Shown here: one piece after another, positions 9,930-19,700 of the stretch | How the letters are laid out: each line of letters starts with the position of its first letter | Numbering within the stretch: the stretch's first letter is position 1 | Assembly: GCA_050259635.1 (NCBI GenBank) | Contig: JBLNBA010000004.1 | Location: forward strand, 203,005-267,004 | Reading direction: 5' to 3' | Length of the DNA: 64,000 nt | DNA from: Bacillota bacterium | Lineage (GTDB): Bacteria > Patescibacteriota > Patescibacteriia > Patescibacteriales > UBA12465 | Notes under the pieces: model-generated | The model's database searches: none | The model's input: only the letters and a program-made list of their open reading frames with translations | Told to the model about the DNA's origin: nothing | Translations under genes and position numbers: made by a program

Positions 9930-10127
9930 TCAAACGCGATTGGAGCGCGGAGCATCCGCCGCGACGAGAATGGCACTAAGTCCCACTAGGACATAGATGA
10001 TGCGGGTAGCGATGGTCATCCCGCCGAATATGGCGGCGACCAGGTCGAAACTGAACAGACCGACAAGACCCCAATTGAGGCCGCCGATCACTAGCAGCAC
10101 TAAAGCGATACTGTTTAGCGTTTTCAT
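9930..10127 (-). CDS. DUF378-type small membrane protein
   Basis: 65 aa with two TM helices and the GGLNWGLVG motif characteristic of DUF378. Confidence 0.7.
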   Translation of the reverse strand: MKTLNSIALVLLVIGGLNWGLVGLFSFDLVAAIFGGMTIATRIIYVLVGLSAILVAADAPRSNRV

Positions 10128-10170
10128 AGATTTTTGGCCGGCCTTGTCGAAGACTCGGCGTTAAATATGT

Positions 10171-10184
10171 TAATTAGCTAATTA
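10171..10184. promoter_or_regulatory. perfect 14-bp palindrome TAATTAGCTAATTA (candidate operator)
   Basis: Self-complementary as read directly from the sequence. It lies 44 nt upstream of the DUF378 start. Confidence 0.3.
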
Positions 10185-10248
10185 GTCGGGGATCGACACC
10201 CCAGGCCGGGTTCGATCCATTTTGATATATCAAAAAAGGCGCTCTGCG

Positions 10249-10557
10249 TTAACGCTGCGCCTCGCTCAAAATCCCTATCCCAATGCTATCCACTACTAAT
10301 TTACCCGACACAATCCGCCCGCGTGCAAGGGTAAGACGCCCGCCCCTGGTGACATTCTTGCCAGGCCAGCGGAAAAGGGATCTGCTCACATCGACAAAAT
10401 TATCCCCGTCCGCCGGCATAGCGGCGCCATTCAGCAGCGAAGCTGGCAAAGCGCCTTCATCATCGTCTCCATCTCGGCTCCCGCGCCCGGTAGGGCGAGC
10501 ACCGAAAACGAAGGCGAGTCCCAATCCCATGATGATCGCTCTAAGCGGTCGTTTCAT
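10249..10557 (-). CDS. hypothetical secreted/anchored protein (102 aa), weak call
   Basis: Signal-like N-terminus, AGGA 8 nt upstream, and a hairpin plus T-run downstream. The region is GC-rich with an equally long antisense ORF, so coding status is uncertain. Confidence 0.3.
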   Translation of the reverse strand: MKRPLRAIIMGLGLAFVFGARPTGRGSRDGDDDEGALPASLLNGAAMPADGDNFVDVSRSLFRWPGKNVTRGGRLTLARGRIVSGKLVVDSIGIGILSEAQR

Positions 10558-10607
10558 AAGGGTTCCTTTAAAATATTAAGCCCGTATATTATAGCACTAT
10601 ACAGTTA

Positions 10608-10637
10608 TTGACGCAAGTATGCTCTTTGATGTATAAT
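10608..10637 (+). promoter_or_regulatory. promoter TTGACG-N18-TATAAT for the HxlR operon
   Basis: Hexamers read directly at 10608-10613 and 10632-10637. Confidence 0.5.
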
Positions 10638-10665
10638 ACAGTAATTAAGGTAACTATCCAGATAT

Positions 10666-11019
10666 ATGGAAAAAATGAATAAATTCAAATGCCACGGCGC
10701 CGTCCAGGCGACCTTGGCAGCAATCGGCGGCAAATGGAAAATCCTTATTCTCTGGCACCTGTTAGAAAAAAAGATGCGCTTCAACGAATTGCAGAAAAGC
10801 CTGAAGTCCATCTCTCAAAAGATGCTGGCGAACGAACTTCGCTCGCTCGAACAGAACGGGCTAATCCATCGAGAGGTATACCGTCAGGTTCCTCCCAAAG
10901 TCGAGTACTGGGCCACCCCCTACGGTGAAACGCTCAAGACTCTGCTCACCGACATGGCTGATTGGGGTTACACCCATAAGAATCGCCGTCAGAAAAAGAC
11001 GAAGCACGGTGACGATTGA
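10666..11019 (+). CDS. HxlR-family (MarR-like wHTH) transcriptional regulator
   Basis: The block C-x-LAAIGGKWKILILWHL...RFNELQKSL..ISQKMLANELRSLEQNGLI.R.VY..VPPKVEY is a typical HxlR signature. Confidence 0.85.
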   Translation: MEKMNKFKCHGAVQATLAAIGGKWKILILWHLLEKKMRFNELQKSLKSISQKMLANELRSLEQNGLIHREVYRQVPPKVEYWATPYGETLKTLLTDMADWGYTHKNRRQKKTKHGDD

Positions 11020-11020
11020 T

Positions 11021-11599
11021 ATGCCAAAGAACCTGATCATCTACGCCAATCCGAGACGCAACAGCCACTCCGGATACCTCTTGCAACAGGTGGAAGACCG
11101 CCTGCGAGAAGCCGGTGCCTCTTTCGAGACTATCGATCTCTATCAGATCGGTTATGACCCGGTATTGAAAGAACAAGAACTATATAGCGCCGGAAACCGA
11201 CAGGTCGACCAGCAAACTATCGATTTCCAAGAGAAGATCAAAGCAGCGGACTCCCTGCTTTTTATTTATCCCACTTGGTGGCAGGCGCCTCCCGCCATCC
11301 TCACAGGCTTTATCGACCGCGTATTCACCAGCGGTTTCGCGTTCGAATACCGCCTTGGCTTGCCTCGCCCCTTGCTCAAGGGAAAGAGAGCGGCTGCTTT
11401 CACCACCATCGGCAGCCCGGCCTTTTTCCATTTCGTCACCGGCAGCCCGGCTTTGAAAATATTGCTCAAATATACGTTGGCTTTCTGCGGTTTCCAGACT
11501 AAAGGGTTTACGATGAGCGAATCGGATCACCTCGACCAGAACAAAGAGGAGTTAAAAGAGATCGCAGCAGGAATCGTAAAGTTCCTAAGAGAAAAATAA
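11021..11599 (+). CDS. flavodoxin-like fold NAD(P)H dehydrogenase (quinone)/FMN reductase
   Basis: The start is 1 nt after the HxlR stop. NLIIYANPRRNSHS and LLFIYPTWWQAPPAILTGFIDRV are typical of the Flavodoxin_2 family. This is the classic HxlR partner. Confidence 0.75.
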   Translation: MPKNLIIYANPRRNSHSGYLLQQVEDRLREAGASFETIDLYQIGYDPVLKEQELYSAGNRQVDQQTIDFQEKIKAADSLLFIYPTWWQAPPAILTGFIDRVFTSGFAFEYRLGLPRPLLKGKRAAAFTTIGSPAFFHFVTGSPALKILLKYTLAFCGFQTKGFTMSESDHLDQNKEELKEIAAGIVKFLREK

Positions 11600-11604
11600 G
11601 CATA

Positions 11605-11634
11605 CAAAAAAGGAGCTTGAGAGCTCCTTTTTTA
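11605..11634. terminator. bidirectional terminator
   Basis: aggagct/agctcct hairpin flanked by A5 and T6 runs. Confidence 0.7.
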
Positions 11635-11640
11635 ATATCT

Positions 11641-12378
11641 TTATTTTACGTCGTAGATCAGGGTAACTTCCGCCCGAATCTCATTCTGCCCCACTTGGAT
11701 ATTGGGAGCAGCTTGGTTCATCGCGGTGTCCGCCGCCATCTCCTTGCGCGCGTTCGAGTACATGAGATTGACAACCGGCATATCCGAACTCTCGAGCACC
11801 CCCTTCACTTCTCCCAGCTCCATTCCTGCTTGCTGGGCAATCAGGCTCGCCTTTTCCTTGGCTTTCTGGATAGCCAGCTCGCGAGCTTGGTTCTTGAGCT
11901 CGAATTCGTCGTCAATCGTGAAGTTCACGCCTCCGATTTGATTTGCCCCTTGCTCCGTTGTCTTGGCGATGACATCGCCGATCTTGGCAAGGTCACGGAC
12001 TTTAACATCAACATTCTGATTTACTTCATAACCCCTCAAGACTTGGCCTCTGCCTTCCAGCCAATCATAAATCGGCTGCAAGGAATAATTCGAAGTCTTA
12101 ATATCCTTTTCCTCGATCCCTAATGCTTTCAAAGCATTGATCACGGCATCCATCTTACGGGTGCTCTCGGCGGTGGCTTCGGCCGCGGTCTTTTTAGCCT
12201 CGGTCTTGAGACCGACACTGATATTCGCGATATCCGCTTTGGCATAGACGGTGCCCGAACCACTCACCGAAAAACGATCCTCACTGTCCGAGCGCTTGTC
12301 GAGCACCATGGCCACGACGGCAACGCCGGCGATTGCCAGGATGCCTAAAGACGCCAGGATAACCTGTCCCTTTTTCAT
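11641..12378 (-). CDS. SIMPL/DUF541 domain protein (YggE-like), membrane anchored
   Basis: N-terminal TM segment and a SIMPL-like pattern (...AKADIANISVGL...NYSLQPIY...V..V.L.Y.V). Confidence 0.75.
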   Translation of the reverse strand: MKKGQVILASLGILAIAGVAVVAMVLDKRSDSEDRFSVSGSGTVYAKADIANISVGLKTEAKKTAAEATAESTRKMDAVINALKALGIEEKDIKTSNYSLQPIYDWLEGRGQVLRGYEVNQNVDVKVRDLAKIGDVIAKTTEQGANQIGGVNFTIDDEFELKNQARELAIQKAKEKASLIAQQAGMELGEVKGVLESSDMPVVNLMYSNARKEMAADTAMNQAAPNIQVGQNEIRAEVTLIYDVK

Positions 12379-12442
12379 AGTTTTATTTTTAAATTAAAAT
12401 AATCTTCTAAATATAACGGAATCAGTTTCATTAAGGTAACAA

Positions 12443-13828
12443 TCAGGCCCACAGATCTTTGAGGACGACCGTGCAAAAAACCGCGAAGAAAGCGATAATA
12501 ACCCCTATTACCGCCAGGCGCCAGATTTTGGGACGAAACGGCTTTTCCAGGCCTTGGTTAAGAACGGTAACCAGCACTATGTGGACTAACATGGCAAAAG
12601 CATTGATTACCGCTCCAAGGACGATGAGGGTCTTTGGCTCATAATAATCCAATAGAAACAGGCTTACACCAAAGGCAATCTGTAACCAGACGAAAGCGTA
12701 ATAGTACTTGGACAAGGCGATTTTTTTACCGCCCACTTTCCTTAACCGGATTATCGCCGCATTTTCCCCCATGATACGACTCGTGGAATCCATGATGCCC
12801 AGCTGAGTCTGGAAAAGCATAACCCCTAAGACAGCCAGGAAAGCCAGACCCGCTAGCGGCGTCAGGGCCGCCCCTACTCTCCCCCCTTCCGCAAGGACGA
12901 AACTGATTCCCTGCTCATTGCCACTCAAACCGAAGGCGGTGTTATAGGCCAAGAACATGAGCATCAGCATTGAGACCGAGCCGATCAGCCAAAAGATCAA
13001 GAAGTGCTCGCGGTTTACCAGCTTCCACCAAGACTGGAAGGCGCGGATATTCCCCTTATCAGGCTTGAAGCTTTCCCCTTCCAGCTTCACTCCCTCCCTG
13101 ACATTTTTCTGAGCGAAGAGGCCGGTAATTTTCTGTGAATACAAACCCATGCCATAGCCCTTCTCTTTCACATAGATAGATTGGGTAAGGTTTAGATTCC
13201 CACCGGCTCCCGAATAGGCGAAAGCACCGAGGAAGGTGGCTATCGCCACCCCGGGCGCGAAGAACCAATACCCCTCTCCTCTTCCAACCATTCCCCAAGC
13301 CAGCGCCTGCCAGCTATCGGGCGAAGACAGAAAGACGGCCAGAAAGAAGATTGCCGGGACCCCGATGAAAATGATGATCTTCGTAATCCTTTCCATCAAG
13401 CTATAGATGACTCGTCCGAAAGTGAGGATGAACCCGATAAGAAGAAGGAGGCCGATAGCTAAGAGCTTGAAATCTTCCAGCCCGAAAACCCCGGCCAATA
13501 CCTGAGCGGAAGCGGCGGCAATTCCCGGCAAACCAAAGCCGATAAAAGTGGAGATGATAAACCAGTAGGTGGCGACCGGCAAGAAGCGGCCGATACCCAC
13601 AAAGACGCTTTCCCCTTTTACCAGGGCATAGCGCTCGATTTCCATATTGATGAAGAACTGGAAGCTTATTCCCAAAACCGCCCCCCAGGCGACGCCAAGC
13701 CCATAGTTGGATACTAGATATGGCCAGAGGATGATTTCCCCGGAGCCGAGCCCGAGCGCCAAGATTATAAAACTCGGACCTAATAATTTTTTGAGACGCG
13801 GAGCCGGAGGAAACTTTTTCAATGCCAT
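12443..13828 (-). CDS. Nramp-family divalent metal transporter
   Basis: 461 aa with about 11 TM helices. The N-terminal GPSFIILALGLGSGEIILWP block resembles the Nramp DPGN-region variants. Confidence 0.7.
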   Translation of the reverse strand: MALKKFPPAPRLKKLLGPSFIILALGLGSGEIILWPYLVSNYGLGVAWGAVLGISFQFFINMEIERYALVKGESVFVGIGRFLPVATYWFIISTFIGFGLPGIAAASAQVLAGVFGLEDFKLLAIGLLLLIGFILTFGRVIYSLMERITKIIIFIGVPAIFFLAVFLSSPDSWQALAWGMVGRGEGYWFFAPGVAIATFLGAFAYSGAGGNLNLTQSIYVKEKGYGMGLYSQKITGLFAQKNVREGVKLEGESFKPDKGNIRAFQSWWKLVNREHFLIFWLIGSVSMLMLMFLAYNTAFGLSGNEQGISFVLAEGGRVGAALTPLAGLAFLAVLGVMLFQTQLGIMDSTSRIMGENAAIIRLRKVGGKKIALSKYYYAFVWLQIAFGVSLFLLDYYEPKTLIVLGAVINAFAMLVHIVLVTVLNQGLEKPFRPKIWRLAVIGVIIAFFAVFCTVVLKDLWA

Positions 13829-13879
13829 AAAAATATTTAGCGTTTACCTTGCCATTATACCAGCCACCAAGGATATTTG

Positions 13880-13915
13880 AAAATAAAAACCCCCGAGAAA
13901 TGATTCTCGAGGGGG
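13880..13915 (-). terminator. intrinsic terminator
   Basis: cccccgaga/tctcgaggggg hairpin; the minus strand is followed by a T-rich run. Confidence 0.6.
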
Positions 13916-13924
13916 CATTAAAAA

Positions 13925-14515
13925 CTAACTCCCGGCATGTTGTACTTTTAAAGGCGCATAAGACAGTGTCTTGGCATTCGTAACCCGCGATGCGATCTCG
14001 ACGTACCGACGGATAACGGTCGGCACTCGGAAGATAGCGGCTGGATCAACGATGCGATATTGCTCCATGATCTTAGATCCTAGAGGTGTGAGAAAATATG
14101 CGGGGGGATTAGGAGAGAATATCCCGCTGTTCGTCTGGCGCAAATAACCCATTTTTGCCAGCGCAAAGCGGAAATCGAATTCTTCGACGGCTTTAATCAT
14201 GCTGTCGGAACAGAAGCTTGCCACTGCTTTCAGGCAAAGAAACTCATAATTCCTTAACTGCGGCAACAGATGGTCGCAGTCAAGGGGTGCGGTCAGGCTT
14301 CCTTCAATCCTGGCTACCTTTACATAGCCAAGATTATAAAGGTGGAATAGTACCAAAGCGACCGCGTGGTCCAAATTTATTGGGGACCGTCTTGCGAGCG
14401 AGGCTAGGAAATAAATTTCTACCGGCCTCAAGGAATTGATCATGGCGATTTGTTTAAGTACGATGTATTTAGTCAGGTCAGTATAGCATTTTTTATCTAA
14501 ACCGTCAAAGGTCAA
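13925..14515 (-). CDS. hypothetical protein (196 aa; the start may be the internal MINSLRP)
   Basis: ORF with a downstream terminator. No motif recognised. Confidence 0.45.
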   Translation of the reverse strand: MTFDGLDKKCYTDLTKYIVLKQIAMINSLRPVEIYFLASLARRSPINLDHAVALVLFHLYNLGYVKVARIEGSLTAPLDCDHLLPQLRNYEFLCLKAVASFCSDSMIKAVEEFDFRFALAKMGYLRQTNSGIFSPNPPAYFLTPLGSKIMEQYRIVDPAAIFRVPTVIRRYVEIASRVTNAKTLSYAPLKVQHAGS

Positions 14516-14572
14516 AGAGCTTTCCGATCGCAGCTCGAGCGTGATATAATATATGAAGATCTAAATAATCAT

Positions 14573-14989
14573 ATGAAAATATTAAAGGAGTTCCAACAAT
14601 TCGCCCTGAAAGGCAACGTCGTTGACCTGGCGACAGCCGTAATCATCGGCGGTGCTTTCGGAAAAATCGTTTCTTCCTTGGTAGCGGACATCATCATGCC
14701 GCTGATCGGCCTGCTGCTCGGCGGTTTCGATTTCACGAGCTGGAAGATAACATTACGCCCAGCGAGCGAAGGAGTACAGGCTTTGACGATGAATACCGGT
14801 ATATTTATCCAAAACATCGTTGATTTCGTCATCATCGCCGCCTCCATCTTTTTAATGATCCGCATCCTCCTACGCGTCCGCAACCGCTTCCACAAGAAGG
14901 AAGAGGAACAGCCGGTTCCGCCGCCTGAACCCACTGCCGAAGAGAAGCTGCTCGTGGAAATACGCGACATCCTCAAAGCCAAGCAATAA
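14573..14989 (+). CDS. mscL: large-conductance mechanosensitive channel MscL
   Basis: FALKGNVVDLATAVIIGGAFGKIVSSLVADIIMPLIG is a near-consensus MscL N-terminus. Confidence 0.9.
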   Translation: MKILKEFQQFALKGNVVDLATAVIIGGAFGKIVSSLVADIIMPLIGLLLGGFDFTSWKITLRPASEGVQALTMNTGIFIQNIVDFVIIAASIFLMIRILLRVRNRFHKKEEEQPVPPPEPTAEEKLLVEIRDILKAKQ

Positions 14990-14996
14990 GAGAATG

Positions 14997-15025
14997 TAAA
15001 AAGACCGCCGACAGGCGGTCTTTTG
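14997..15025. terminator. bidirectional terminator
   Basis: aagaccgcc-gaca-ggcggtctt perfect hairpin between convergent genes. Confidence 0.7.
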
Positions 15026-15048
15026 TATACATCCTAAAATTCACAAAA

Positions 15049-18000
15049 TCAATATGAAATTCTGACGCCGGAAAATTCTGCCTGGCCGGCAAAACGCGCC
15101 GCCTTATCAGTAAATTCAAGGTAATGGTCACCGAAGGGAGATGCCGGAACATCAACTCCCATCTTTTCCCCGGTTGTAATCGCGGTATCGATCCCCTTTT
15201 CTTTAAGGCGAGCGACAAATTGCTCGGCAGAAATGCCGCTGCTTTGGAGGGCCGCATCCGACACCACCAGGCTTATCCCGGCTCCCTTGAAAGACTCTTT
15301 GAGGCCCTTCATCTTCTTATGGGCAGCCAAACAGTGAGAAAGGAGGAGATCCGAGCTCTTGCTCCCATATATCCGATCCAAGATCATATCCATTTCCTTT
15401 TTCCCATTCTCATATTTCACGGGAAAGAAATATGCTATCTGGTCAGAAACGCTACCCTCATCTTTCCCCTGCCTGCTCATGATAAAGAATTTGTTATAAT
15501 CCCCGAATGAAAGATTGGTATCATTATTCTGCTCTTTCCTTAAGCAGCCAAGACATTGGCGCATATTCTCAATAATAAGGTCCAGGTCGCAAGTCATGGT
15601 CGTCTGGATAAGAGACGACTCCGCACTCTGCATGATCTCGGAAATTCCCTTCACCCGATTATTTATGAGTTCATTGCCGCCCTTCTTAGCGACATCGCCC
15701 AGTTTGATAAAAGCCTCCTTCACTTTGCTCATTATACCCTCAAGCACTATCATCTTCCCCCTGATCGCTCCCAAATATGACTCGACTTTATCCTTCTCGT
15801 CCGATGAGAGCTTGTCTGCGGATTTCTCAGTCAAGTTCTCCAAGTACTCAAGATCTTTAAACAAAGCATAGGCTCCGGATGACGGTCGGAATTCTTCATC
15901 GAGACGGTTAAAAATACTGGCGATATCTTCACCTGGAATGAGACTGGATTGCAATTCGCCGATCTTTTCATCCGTTTTCTCCGTTTCAAACTTGTCTAAT
16001 AAGGACCTGATAAGGCTGATCGGCTGCAATCTGTCCTGTACGGACTTTACCGCCTCGCCGTTCCACTCCTTGATGCCTAACCCTTCGGCAAGCTGTTCCT
16101 TCATCTTCATTTCTTCCTCATTAAAGGAAATTTCTTTACCTTTCGTGGCACCATATATCTTTGCGAGAAGAGAGTTTAGGCCCCTGCTTCCTGCCTTTTC
16201 GCTCATCTCGATCAATGCCCGGTCACGGACATCAGGAAAAGCGTCCGGATCCGCCAAATCAGAAATATTGCGCTTGAGATTCTCCAGGCGCAAGTCGATC
16301 GTCTGCACCGTACCGACCATGGTCGAAATAGTTTCGGCCTGCAGGCTCTTTTGGAAAGCCATGGCCTCCTCCTCCGCCAATCCTATAAGCTCGGGAGCAA
16401 TATTATTTTCCCTTTTTCCTTTCATTGCCGCCTCGAGGATGGAAATCCTCTGAGGCGTGAGATATGGGCTGAGATCGGTAATTGAGCCCGCTCGGAAATC
16501 CTCCCATTTTCCCTTCAGCTTCAGGGACAGATACAAGGATATGAGAGAATCATTCTTTTCCCCGTGCTTGCTTATATTCCCGAGATAGCGGACACAATTG
16601 CTGATTGAACGGATACTTTTCTTATCGATGTTATCAGGGATATCAGCCAGTCCGAAGCGCTCCTTGAACCGTCCCTTCACTTCTGACAGCATCTCTTGCT
16701 TGGCTTCCGCCAGAGTTTCACCCTTGTCTTCAGGATATAACTCCATCCTCGCCCCTAAGCCATAGAGGCTGTCCCGCAAAGCGATCAAGTCCTTTGCATC
16801 ATAAGAAGTCTCACTATTATCATCCCGGCTCTTCTGCAGAGAAACGAGCCAAGCCTGGTAAAGCGGAAAGATATCTTTGGCAAAATCCTTCATCATCCTC
16901 GGATCTAAACGATCGAAGACCGGCTGGAAAGCAGAAAAGAGACTGGGCGCCGCCTGGATGATATCGGCAGATAGGTTATAAAAGTTCGAGCGGGCATCTT
17001 GGCTCCACTTCTCGCGGTCAAAGCGCTCTTCTTGCGCCAAAAGCAAAGCCTCAGTCTCATCCTTGGTCCGAGGAACAGTGTAAGCATTATTCCAACAATA
17101 TTTTTCCATCGTATAGGCAAGGTTCGCTATCGATTCCACATGTTTGAGATTGCCTGCGCCTCCAATATGGTAAATCAAAGAGGATAAGACATGGAGCTTG
17201 TCTTCTAAGCGGTGCTCGCCGCTCAAGGAATTCTTCCAAGACTCGCGCATGCCAGACAGAGCTTCATTCTTGGTTTTCGTTTCGTCGAACATCTTCAGAG
17301 CTTTTTCTTTCCCTTCTTCCGGAAGATACCCGCCATCAGCGGCTTCGATATACCAAGCAAGCTTTACCGCCCAAGGCGAATCATCCCTGAGTTGCATCTG
17401 GCGGAAATCCGGATCCGCGCTTCTCAGCTCTCCTTCCAATATCTTTACCGCGATCCGATCCTTTTCGCTCAAGCCTTCGGCGAGACACTTGCCATAGCGG
17501 CTTCCCAGCAATTCTAAGGGCTGTACGTTCTTCTGCATTAAATCCGAGCGCCCAAAGACTGCTTTCGCCCTGACGAGCAATTCATCCCAACTCTCTCCCT
17601 GAACCGGCGGCAGACCGAAGCGAGAACGGAAGGCGGCAAGCATTTTGCCATCCGGCTCCGGCCTATTATCCAAAAGATCAAAGGCTCGGTAGAGCTCCTG
17701 GCATCGTGCCATGTAACCGAAATTACCAGCAAACTTGCAGGCTCTCTCAAGGGATTTCTTATCGGCCCAACCTGATGTCCGATTAATAAAATCGCTGATA
17801 TTAACTTCAAAATCGTGATCGTCCGGGAAGCTGTCTTTAAGAGCCATCAAGCTCTCTATGCCGGGCACTATGCTTTCTAAGATCTCCTGCTTCAGGGGAT
17901 CAGCGTCTTTATATAAATCGCCGTATTGGCGTATTATCTTCGATATATTTGGGTTGTACGAAACCTTCTTCACATTAACGTTTAAAAAGCCGGTAAGAGC

Positions 18001-19632
18001 ATCCTGATCTCCACCAAACAATTCTTTCGCCGCTTGGAGCTTCGTATAAAACCGCTCTTTCTCCTCATCCTTAAGGCCAACCATGTCCTCGCCGACCATG
18101 CGTCCAAAATTAGCCATGCCAGGCAAGCACGAAACAAACCTTTCAACCTCAACGACGAGCTTGCTCAGATCCTCTTTGGTATTGCCGAGGATATCCCAAC
18201 CATAAGACATTAGGGCTTCTTCCGGTATATTTTTCACAATCTCTTTCTTTTCTTGGATCGTCTCCAAGAATTCATCCAGGGTCTGCGTCTTCACCACCTC
18301 CTCGATCAAGGCAGTATATGCGTCTTTTTCCGACCAGTTGAACAGTTCGGTCGCCGCCTTTACCTTCTTCGCGTATTCAGCCCATTTTCCTTCCGCCACC
18401 TCGATCTTTGTGGCGTTACGGAATAATTGGTATTCCGGCAAAGCGCGGTCTCCTTCTAACAGCGTCATCATCTCTTCATCGACAGGCGCACAGAGCTTAT
18501 CTAAATCTAAAATGCAGCCAAGCTGCCTGGCTGCCAAAAAAAGCTGCTTATCAGCAACATCTTGAAAAAGATATTTTTCGCTCATTTCGGATAATACTTG
18601 CCTTTCTCCTTTAGCTATGAGTTTCCAAAGGTATCCGCTTATGAACTGTTTGGGTAATTCATCGTTAGCAAGACTAATAAGAAGATGTTCTTGGTTACGA
18701 ATTTCAGCCTCAGCCATTAGCTCCTCCATCCCCTTGGCACTGATCCCGGAAAGGGCGGATCGATATTGGTTAGTAAGGGAAAATCCGTTCTCCCTCACCA
18801 TTTTCATCAATGACGGCTCAAAGTCATCCCCGTACTCATTACGCGGCATCTTTAAAGCCGCTTTTTTCCACTTATCAGCCAGCTTATCACCAGCGTATTC
18901 CAGGTCTTCCCAAATGACGAACTGCCCGTCGGAAACACGCTCCTCTGCTTCCAGCTTGTCTTCTTGGCTCCAGGGCGTCCGCTCTATCGCCTGGAAGAGG
19001 TCGCCGGCATGGAAAGGATATGACGGCCCATCATGATAGGCTATTTCCGACAGATCCTTGGGAGATATGGAATCTTCGAAGATATTAAGATTCTGCCTGA
19101 CCATGAAGGCCTGGCCATAATCGATCATTTTCCGAAATAGCGCATAACTGCCTTTCTGCTTATCATCCAGAGCGATGTGTAGCATGTTAGTAATGGCTTC
19201 GGTTTCACCTTTCTGATTCAGGTGATCAAGCAGAGGCAAAAGCACTTCTTCCGTATAATCCTGATGCTTCCAGGGATTCAGGGATAAAAACTCCAAGATA
19301 TAAGGCCGGAATTCCGTTCCTAACAAGAGTGAGATGTCTTCACTGGTAAATTTGTCGTTGTAATCCAATAAATATGAGAAAATCCGTTGTCCTTTTTCAT
19401 AATCATCCCTTTCACCTCCGAGCCCGGAAAATTTATCATCCTTGCCATTGACCAAAAGATTGATCCTCGCCCGACGCAAAGAATCCTGGCTCGGATTCTC
19501 GCCTCTTTGCTTTTTCCTGTATTTTTCCCTCGCGGCAATGATACCTTGGCTTTCGGCTATCAATTCATCCTCAAGACTTGACTGCTCCTTCTTGCTGATG
19601 ATGCCGACTTTTTCTAAAGCGTTCTTGAACAT
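15049..19632 (-). CDS. giant hypothetical protein (1527 aa), predicted soluble, helix-rich, function unknown
   Basis: Uninterrupted 4.6-kb ORF. There is no signal peptide or TM segment. By eye I found no Walker A, HExxH, DEAD or Rx4H pair. Confidence 0.7.
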   Translation of the reverse strand: MFKNALEKVGIISKKEQSSLEDELIAESQGIIAAREKYRKKQRGENPSQDSLRRARINLLVNGKDDKFSGLGGERDDYEKGQRIFSYLLDYNDKFTSEDISLLLGTEFRPYILEFLSLNPWKHQDYTEEVLLPLLDHLNQKGETEAITNMLHIALDDKQKGSYALFRKMIDYGQAFMVRQNLNIFEDSISPKDLSEIAYHDGPSYPFHAGDLFQAIERTPWSQEDKLEAEERVSDGQFVIWEDLEYAGDKLADKWKKAALKMPRNEYGDDFEPSLMKMVRENGFSLTNQYRSALSGISAKGMEELMAEAEIRNQEHLLISLANDELPKQFISGYLWKLIAKGERQVLSEMSEKYLFQDVADKQLFLAARQLGCILDLDKLCAPVDEEMMTLLEGDRALPEYQLFRNATKIEVAEGKWAEYAKKVKAATELFNWSEKDAYTALIEEVVKTQTLDEFLETIQEKKEIVKNIPEEALMSYGWDILGNTKEDLSKLVVEVERFVSCLPGMANFGRMVGEDMVGLKDEEKERFYTKLQAAKELFGGDQDALTGFLNVNVKKVSYNPNISKIIRQYGDLYKDADPLKQEILESIVPGIESLMALKDSFPDDHDFEVNISDFINRTSGWADKKSLERACKFAGNFGYMARCQELYRAFDLLDNRPEPDGKMLAAFRSRFGLPPVQGESWDELLVRAKAVFGRSDLMQKNVQPLELLGSRYGKCLAEGLSEKDRIAVKILEGELRSADPDFRQMQLRDDSPWAVKLAWYIEAADGGYLPEEGKEKALKMFDETKTKNEALSGMRESWKNSLSGEHRLEDKLHVLSSLIYHIGGAGNLKHVESIANLAYTMEKYCWNNAYTVPRTKDETEALLLAQEERFDREKWSQDARSNFYNLSADIIQAAPSLFSAFQPVFDRLDPRMMKDFAKDIFPLYQAWLVSLQKSRDDNSETSYDAKDLIALRDSLYGLGARMELYPEDKGETLAEAKQEMLSEVKGRFKERFGLADIPDNIDKKSIRSISNCVRYLGNISKHGEKNDSLISLYLSLKLKGKWEDFRAGSITDLSPYLTPQRISILEAAMKGKRENNIAPELIGLAEEEAMAFQKSLQAETISTMVGTVQTIDLRLENLKRNISDLADPDAFPDVRDRALIEMSEKAGSRGLNSLLAKIYGATKGKEISFNEEEMKMKEQLAEGLGIKEWNGEAVKSVQDRLQPISLIRSLLDKFETEKTDEKIGELQSSLIPGEDIASIFNRLDEEFRPSSGAYALFKDLEYLENLTEKSADKLSSDEKDKVESYLGAIRGKMIVLEGIMSKVKEAFIKLGDVAKKGGNELINNRVKGISEIMQSAESSLIQTTMTCDLDLIIENMRQCLGCLRKEQNNDTNLSFGDYNKFFIMSRQGKDEGSVSDQIAYFFPVKYENGKKEMDMILDRIYGSKSSDLLLSHCLAAHKKMKGLKESFKGAGISLVVSDAALQSSGISAEQFVARLKEKGIDTAITTGEKMGVDVPASPFGDHYLEFTDKAARFAGQAEFSGVRISY

Positions 19633-19640
19633 ATGTAATG

Positions 19641-19649
19641 ATTATACCA
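19641..19649 (-). promoter_or_regulatory. extended -10 element (TGgTATAAT) only 8 nt upstream of the giant gene's ATG
   Basis: The minus strand reads aaaTGGTATAATcattacatATG, which implies a leaderless or near-leaderless mRNA. No SD sequence is present. Confidence 0.4.
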
Positions 19650-19700
19650 TTTAGATTAAAGATATAAAAAAGGCCCTCTATTCAAGAAGGCCCAAGGTCT

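Noticed and set aside
10186-10215. tRNA-like fragment (ggggatcgacacccc hairpin followed by ggccgggttcgatcc, T-loop-like).
   Set aside because: The T-arm has no complementary 3' strand, there is no acceptor or D arm, and the loop has a pyrimidine at position 37. This is most likely chance or a highly degraded remnant.
10283-10579. 98-aa plus-strand ORF opposite the 102-aa minus ORF in a GC-rich patch.
   Set aside because: It has no RBS or promoter and would read into the HxlR promoter. Neither strand is convincing, and the minus ORF is retained only at low confidence.
15049-19632. The giant protein as a Cas-like or HEPN/helicase-type defence effector.
   Set aside because: There is no adjacent array. 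By eye I found no P-loop, no paired Rx4H and no RuvC/HNH-like motifs. The idea remains possible only if profile searches show otherwise.
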